Assembly: GCF_009914755.1 (NCBI RefSeq)
Contig: NC_060938.1
Direction: 5' to 3' (one strand)
Origin: the human T2T-CHM13v2.0 reference genome, Homo sapiens
DNA: 64,000 nt
Below, one piece after another: positions 57,782 through 64,000 of the stretch; positions within the stretch are counted from its first letter, which is position 1; each line of letters opens with the position of its first letter. The notes beneath the pieces were generated by a model that was not told the origin of the DNA, made no database searches, and worked only from the letters and a program-made list of their open reading frames with translations. Made by a program: the position numbers and the translations under genes.

Positions 57782-59291
57782 AGCTGTACATGCTTGGCAA
57801 GGAATGTAATGGGATCAGGGAGGAAAAGTAGAGCTGAGGTTTCAAATAGTTCAATATACAGATTTTTACTTAATGCTCCTGTTCACAGTCCACAAACTCA
57901 TATTTTTATTACTATGTGTCTGGGTGTATCTGAACCTCGTAAACTTCTAATGAATAAGCAATAAATAATAGTCCTCCATTCTCCTGTGAGATTAAAGGTT
58001 TAAATAAAGGAATTAGGGGTAGTGACCTATTCTGTGTAGTGAGATACCTATTTTTCTGTTTTCAGCCTTATATATTATCCTGGCCTTCCACACATATTCA
58101 GTAGAGTTCCTGGCATATTCAATAGAGTTTCTAGAAAATTTTTCAGAGAGTTTGTTCTGGTTTTCCCTTATAAGTGTTTTGGCAGCAAGTTATCTTTTAC
58201 CTTTCTCTGCTCTGCTATGACAGTTACCACCCAACTACATTCTTTGTTCTAAAATTTGTTGAATTCATGTATTTATTCATGAATTCATGAATAATAATTC
58301 ATGAATAGAGTAGAGTCTCCTACTCTAGCTCTTTTTCTTTGTTGGTAACATTTTTATTTCTTTGCTCTCATTTGAGTGAGGTTTCTGAAAGAGGAGGAGT
58401 TCAAATATGTGCAATCTTCCATTTTTAGGAGGTAGTTTATTTAAATGACTTAAATTGAGAAGATAGTACAACATATACACCCATATAATTTGGTGAATAT
58501 ATATATATATACACCATATAATCTAAAAATAATTTGGTATATACGTATAATCCATACATATATGTATACATTATATATATATAATTTTAAGAATAATTAT
58601 ATTGTGTTCATTATATTTAATACTTTTAGAGTATAACAACTATAATTTATAATGATTATATTGGAGTATATATCACATATTGTTTAACAAAATACTCTGG
58701 TATATCTGAGCAAATAAAAGGAATTTGTTCTCTTAAAATAAGCATGTGATGAAGAGAAGGTCAGCATAACCCAATGAGCAGAGCAAGAATTACAATCAAT
58801 TTTAAGGTTCATTCAGGAATGGTCCTATTTGATAATATCCCTAGAAAATAGATTATCAGGAAAATAGTCTAATTTGTGAAAAAAAGGAAATTTTCCTGCA
58901 GACACATGACCAGTGACAACCATTAAATTATTTTAGAAAAAAAGATACGACCTATCTTTAGAAGTTATAATATGCCTGGACCATATTGTTGTGTGATAAC
59001 AGTTATAACATGCCTGCTATTAGAAGTTGATTACTCATCACAGTGAGAAGCTATTTAAAATGAGACTGACCTGAAAATGAAAGAGTACTTGTTTTCTCCC
59101 ATGTTGAACATGTTCTCTTTTTGACTAGACAAATAATTATGTTTATTTATCATTATATTATACAAATATAACAATTAGATTTACACTAAACCAGGTCCTT
59201 AAATTCAGAGAATTCACATCATTGTCCATATACAAAATAATTAGAAAAAACATTAATATTTCATACAGAGTGTTTGGAAGACATGGAAGTT

Positions 59292-59348
59292 GACCATGTT
59301 TTTGCACAGTGATCATGTTTTTGCACTGTGTCTACGTTTTTGCACAGT
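59292..59348. repeat. 3 x 19-bp tandem repeat
   Basis: GACCATGTTTTTGCACAGT / GATCATGTTTTTGCACTGT / GTCTACGTTTTTGCACAGT. Confidence 0.9.
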
Positions 59349-60523
59349 TTTCAAAATGGTAGACAATCCATGCACAGAGACTATGATACACAGTACAATA
59401 TTATTTTTCTAATACTTAACATAAGATATGACATATAATCTGTGCCTAACAAACTTTTGTAGAAATAATGAAAAGCCATTCTTGTCATTAGAAAAATTGT
59501 GGCCAATTGCAAAACATTAAGGAGGTCATGCCTTCAAGGGAGAAAGATTTGAAGAGTTATGGGAAACAATATCAGATTATTCAGTATTATGGGTAGTCTT
59601 GAAAGGGTATGAGAAAGACTTTTTTAACGGTTAAAATATCAGAAGACAAAATTAGTTGGTGGAAACATATTTGTGAATATTTTTAGAACTGACTCATTTC
59701 AAAACATTGCGACTATGGCAATATGGAAGGAAGTATATGAAATTCAAAATAATAGGTTTATTATAGCAAATCCTTCTATATTAATAGTAATTAACCATCT
59801 GCAGCTTTCATATCACAAGCAGGAACTCATGATAATTTCCTGCTCACTAAGGCATGAAAAAGCTATTATTTACTCATTAACACATTAGTTTAATATTGTT
59901 CCTTTAATTACCAAATTCCAAGATATAAATTATCAGAAGCTTTCTTTCAAACTATAGATTACGTATCTGCTCATAGATTGATTATTTTTAAATTTTGTAT
60001 TCTAGAGAGAAGTAAATTTTTGGAGACCACCAGCTATTCATGTTTTTCTGAGAGGAGAAAATAGATTTACCATCAATGCTTGGGTTACATCATGTACTCC
60101 AGAAAACGCAATAAAAATATATTTATTTCATATCTGAGATGTCTGGCACAAATCTTTCTGAAAGGCAGAAAGCATGTAAAATCTAAAAACTCCTGGAAAA
60201 GTGCTAAATGCTGTAATCCAACCTGTCATAACTGCATTGCTGTTTAAAGATATTGCCTGAAGAGAACATTTAGAAAGCTCTTGGGTTGGTAAATCAAAAT
60301 GCTTTACTTTTCTCCGTGGGCAATCAAAGTGATTCAATTTCAGTCCTGAGAATAGTGCTGTATATATGGAGGTGAAGGTATGAGAGTTTAATTTTTCTGA
60401 TGTTTATTTATCCTCACATTTTCCCTTAGATAATTTCCTTTTCTCTATGGTAAAGAAGACAAGGAGGATATGTTTAAGGGTCTCACCAAGCTCGTTTTGT
60501 CATAAAACCAGTTATTTTCACAC

Positions 60524-60678
60524 AGAGCCAATTATACAATTAAATACAGAGCCCAGTGGAAAATAAAAATTTGAAACTACTTATTCAAAACTTACTAAGA
60601 ATTTTAGGATGGCTTAAATCTAAGCACAGTGCTCTGGTAAGCTTGGGGCTCTGTATGACTGCATGATCACATGCCCTG
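60524..60678 (-). mobile_element. MER91A-like hAT-Tip100 MITE
   Basis: GCCCAGTGGAAAATAAAAAT...TTCAAAACTTACTAAGAATTTTAGGATGGC...GGGGCTCTGTATGACTGCA. Confidence 0.75.
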
Positions 60679-60993
60679 TTTGTGTATAAACAGAATTTTA
60701 CTGATTACGTAGTTTAATATTCTAAATTACAAGTGAGGAAGTACAGAACCAGAAAGGCTCAATGACTTATCCATGATTAAAGTATATATAAAAATATGGA
60801 ACATCCTGAGTTCCTGCCTTTGACATAAATTGACGTTGCTTTTTTAAAAAAATCTTAAGGTATCTAATAAACTAAATAGATTTTATGAATTGAGAAAATA
60901 GGAGCGATGACTCCAAGTGTTTTAAAAGATTGTTGACAATAAATAAAATATATAATAGTTATTAATTTTTCACTTAGTGTTGCCAAACCTAAG

Positions 60994-61082
60994 GAATGTA
61001 CTTAATGCCACTGAATTGTACACGTAAAAATTGTTAAAATGGTAAATTATGTTATGTATATTTTATGACAATAATAAAAAAT
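60994..61082 (+). mobile_element. L1MB 3' terminal fragment
   Basis: GAATGTACTTAATGCCACTGAATTGTACAC.TAAAAAT.GTTAAAATGGTAAATT. Confidence 0.85.
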
Positions 61083-63199
61083 CTGAGATCTATTTACATA
61101 AATAAATAAATGTCCATTTTTAAGACCATGTAACTCTCTTTTTCAATCTTACAGGATTATCTATTTATCTATCTCTGTTTGATGGTTATAACAAGAACAA
61201 CATACTTCTCTGGGATTCTATTCTTAACTTTCTTATCTTTAACTCTCTTTGATCTATTTTCATACTGAAATATTCTTTCTTTCTTATACATGCTTTTTAT
61301 CCCTGATACAGTAGCCTAACCCTTTTCCCCTCTTCACAAACACACACATTCTCTCATTTCCAGCTTTTGAAATCCAACTTATCTTTCAAGACCTTAGACC
61401 TTGCTCAAGGTCTAAGTAATAGGTCATTTCTAAGAAGTGTTCCTTATGCTCAACAATAATCACCAGATAATCCTTTTTTTTTGTGGTAACAGTTTTATTG
61501 TTTTTCTATTATTGTGAGTATTGCGTTATGCAATAAATTACAATTAATTGTGTCCATACCTGTTTCAGTGTCTCAAAAATTGGTTGATGTTAGATAACTC
61601 GGCAAATATTTATATTTGCCTTTTGATCACCATAATAAAAAAATTTAAGCATTACAGCCTTTCCTTGGATTCTAAGCCTCGAAAAGATAAACTCTTTAGG
61701 GCTGTACTTCACATAAACCCATAAATCATTTATTTCTTTAATATTAGAAAACAAAAAAATTTTATATTTGCTTTTTAATGTTACAGAATAAGAGAAAACA
61801 AAGTATTAAGTCTTTTCTTAATGGTTATGAGTACCCACAATGAATCTCATAGGGCTCTGTGAGTGTTAAATTTTTCTGTAAGTTACTTATTGCTCAAATG
61901 CTGGAGATCGACTTTATTTTTTTCTTTAATCAGTACTAAACTTAGAATTAGTACTTACAACTTTTCTATAAACCTGAGTACAAAATTCAGAGAAACAGCA
62001 TTTCAATACATTCTTTCGCAAACAGATGTCACTTTATGTTTACAATTCTAGTACCCATATAAGTGTTGCATTCTTGCAACATATTAGCCAAGCTTTTTCT
62101 TAATTCTTTCAGAAAATTTGCCATGTTTTACTAAATCTCAAGGAAAAGTTTATAACTCCTCCTGAGTCAATTCTTTTATAATAAAATGTCCCTTTGATTA
62201 CATTCAAATTGAGATCTATTTCATTCAAACAATAAGCGTTAAGCTTGAAAAACCAGGTTAAAATAGTTCTGCCATAAAAAACAGGTAATAGATGATGTAA
62301 CAAGAAAACTTAAGATTAAGGCAACTTTGTCCTTCCCGGATAATATTTTTAGGGAATATATAAGTACTCTGTTTCCAACAATTTACCTTATGCCCTAATT
62401 TTAGCAAATGATAACTAAGAATGAATGGACTCTTATCCAAGTTCTTTAGGAGAGTTAATTTAATTTTGTTCAATTCCTAGCTAAGGTAATGTGGGCAGGA
62501 TGTATCTTATTTTTAATGTATACTTACTTATTATAATTAAAATATTTCAAGAAATATTTTTCTGGACATGAAACATTCACTTTTGGCTTACCAAAGTATG
62601 ATGGAGATTCTAATCTCATATTAACATTATGTAATCTCTTGTTTATTAGAAACTTCTACATGAAAAAAACAGTTTTAACTCAGGGTTCCAGACAATAAAA
62701 CAATCTAGAATTAAAAGCTATTTGTATCTCTTTGTGTATAATCTTATATTTAAATAATTTAATTTGTGCTTATTGCAAATATAAATGTAATCCTCTTGGT
62801 ATAAGAATAAAATTATATACAAAAGAATAAAGTAGAGAAAATAATTAACACAAAATATCTCAAATATAAAAGTAATCCATTTTTGTTTCTAAAAATTTTT
62901 TTTTTGTGCAATATTGGAATTTCTAAGAACTGAGAGAACTAGGCAAAAATCTCTTACTATGGCTGAAAATCCATCTATTTGCTTAGTAAATCTGGATTTG
63001 AGTTATAATTGGATGCCTTTTCATCTCATCAATTAAAATTCATGGCTAGTATATCTTCATTATGATATCATTGAATACCAGTTAAGACTATGATGAATAC
63101 ATCTCAAATCTGTGGGCTAAAAATAAATTATTAATAAAGAACTTTGTGAGTACTTGGTAGTCATTTGGAAAAACAAGTTTTAATTCACATATGGTCTGC

Positions 63200-63725
63200 C
63201 AAGATAAACTTCACATAAATTAAAAAAAGTAAGACATAAATAAATAAAACCATACAATTAGTAGGAGGAAATCTGGCCAAATTACTTTATCACCTAGAAG
63301 TGGATAATGTAATTCTAACTAGGACTCAAAGTGCAAAAGACATTAAGAGAAAAAAATTGGTTTGATTGGCTAAAATTCAAAATTCCTACATTGACAAAGT
63401 CAAAATATATTAATGTATCAAAAGATATATTTGATAATTTATATTTATATAATTGATATAATTTATATTAAATATATCTTTTATAATTTATAACATAGAC
63501 AAAAAGCTAATTCGCTTAATATAAAACAAGCTAGGAATCCAGAAGAAAGAAAGTAGCCCAAGACAAAAATTCATAATCAACATTTAAGGAAGTTTATTGA
63601 AAGAAATATGAATAGCCTTCAACATGTAAAAACATTGTTCAACTTCAGTCATAATATGAGGAATAAAAATTAAAAGCACTAATATATAGTTTCTCACTTA
63701 TTAAATTGACAAAAATCCAAACATA
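63200..63725 (+). mobile_element. Ancient L1ME ORF2 C-terminal fragment
   Basis: GACAAAAAGCTAAT...AACATGTAAAAACATTGTTCAACTTCAGTCATAAT...AAAATTAAAAGCAC. Confidence 0.65.
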
Positions 63726-64000
63726 AAGAAATTCTTCAAATAGAAAAGAATTCTCTAAAATGAATGAAGCTAACTATGCATCAAATTAGAAACTAAACTA
63801 CAGAAAGTATGTTTTACAAATAAGTCTGTAGTTTAATTTTGTATATATTTAGTAAGATATATTCTAAAAATCAAAAATAGACTTCAAAACATTTTAAGTT
63901 ATTTTGGATTTTTAATTTGTAACTTACTGGTACACACAAATCACTGCCTTTGTGCATTGTAAGAGGAAGTAAATAATACGTGAATTAATATTTTCAGCCA

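Noticed and set aside
59292-59348. CRISPR-like or binding-site array
   Set aside because: The units are contiguous with no spacers and the context is eukaryotic, so this is an ordinary short tandem triplication.

Overview
This is AT-rich primate (human-like) genomic DNA, intergenic or deep-intronic. I recognise no host protein-coding exon. Every ORF in the track with a recognisable product comes from LINE-1, and the rest are Alu, low-complexity or chance ORFs. The window is a layered set of transposable elements: a near-complete Hsmar2 mariner (263-1581), a full-length but dead L1PA2-like element with 15-bp TSDs (4378-10415, minus strand), a compound AluSc + L1PA3 + putative 3' transduction (22736-24551), many older L1, L2, MIR, Alu and DNA-transposon copies, and an LTR1-family solo LTR. 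The most notable signal is that the two young L1 copies are inverted repeats about 17 kb apart. They share six non-consensus substitutions and a near-identical tract of about 540 bp, yet their 3' UTRs belong to different subfamilies. This suggests local gene conversion and a possible L1-mediated inversion polymorphism. Other points of interest are two or three putative L1 3' transductions, a 25-bp micro-L1 with perfect TSDs, and a twin-primed L1. I found no convincing new gene system. Subfamily calls rely on remembered consensus diagnostics, not a database search.
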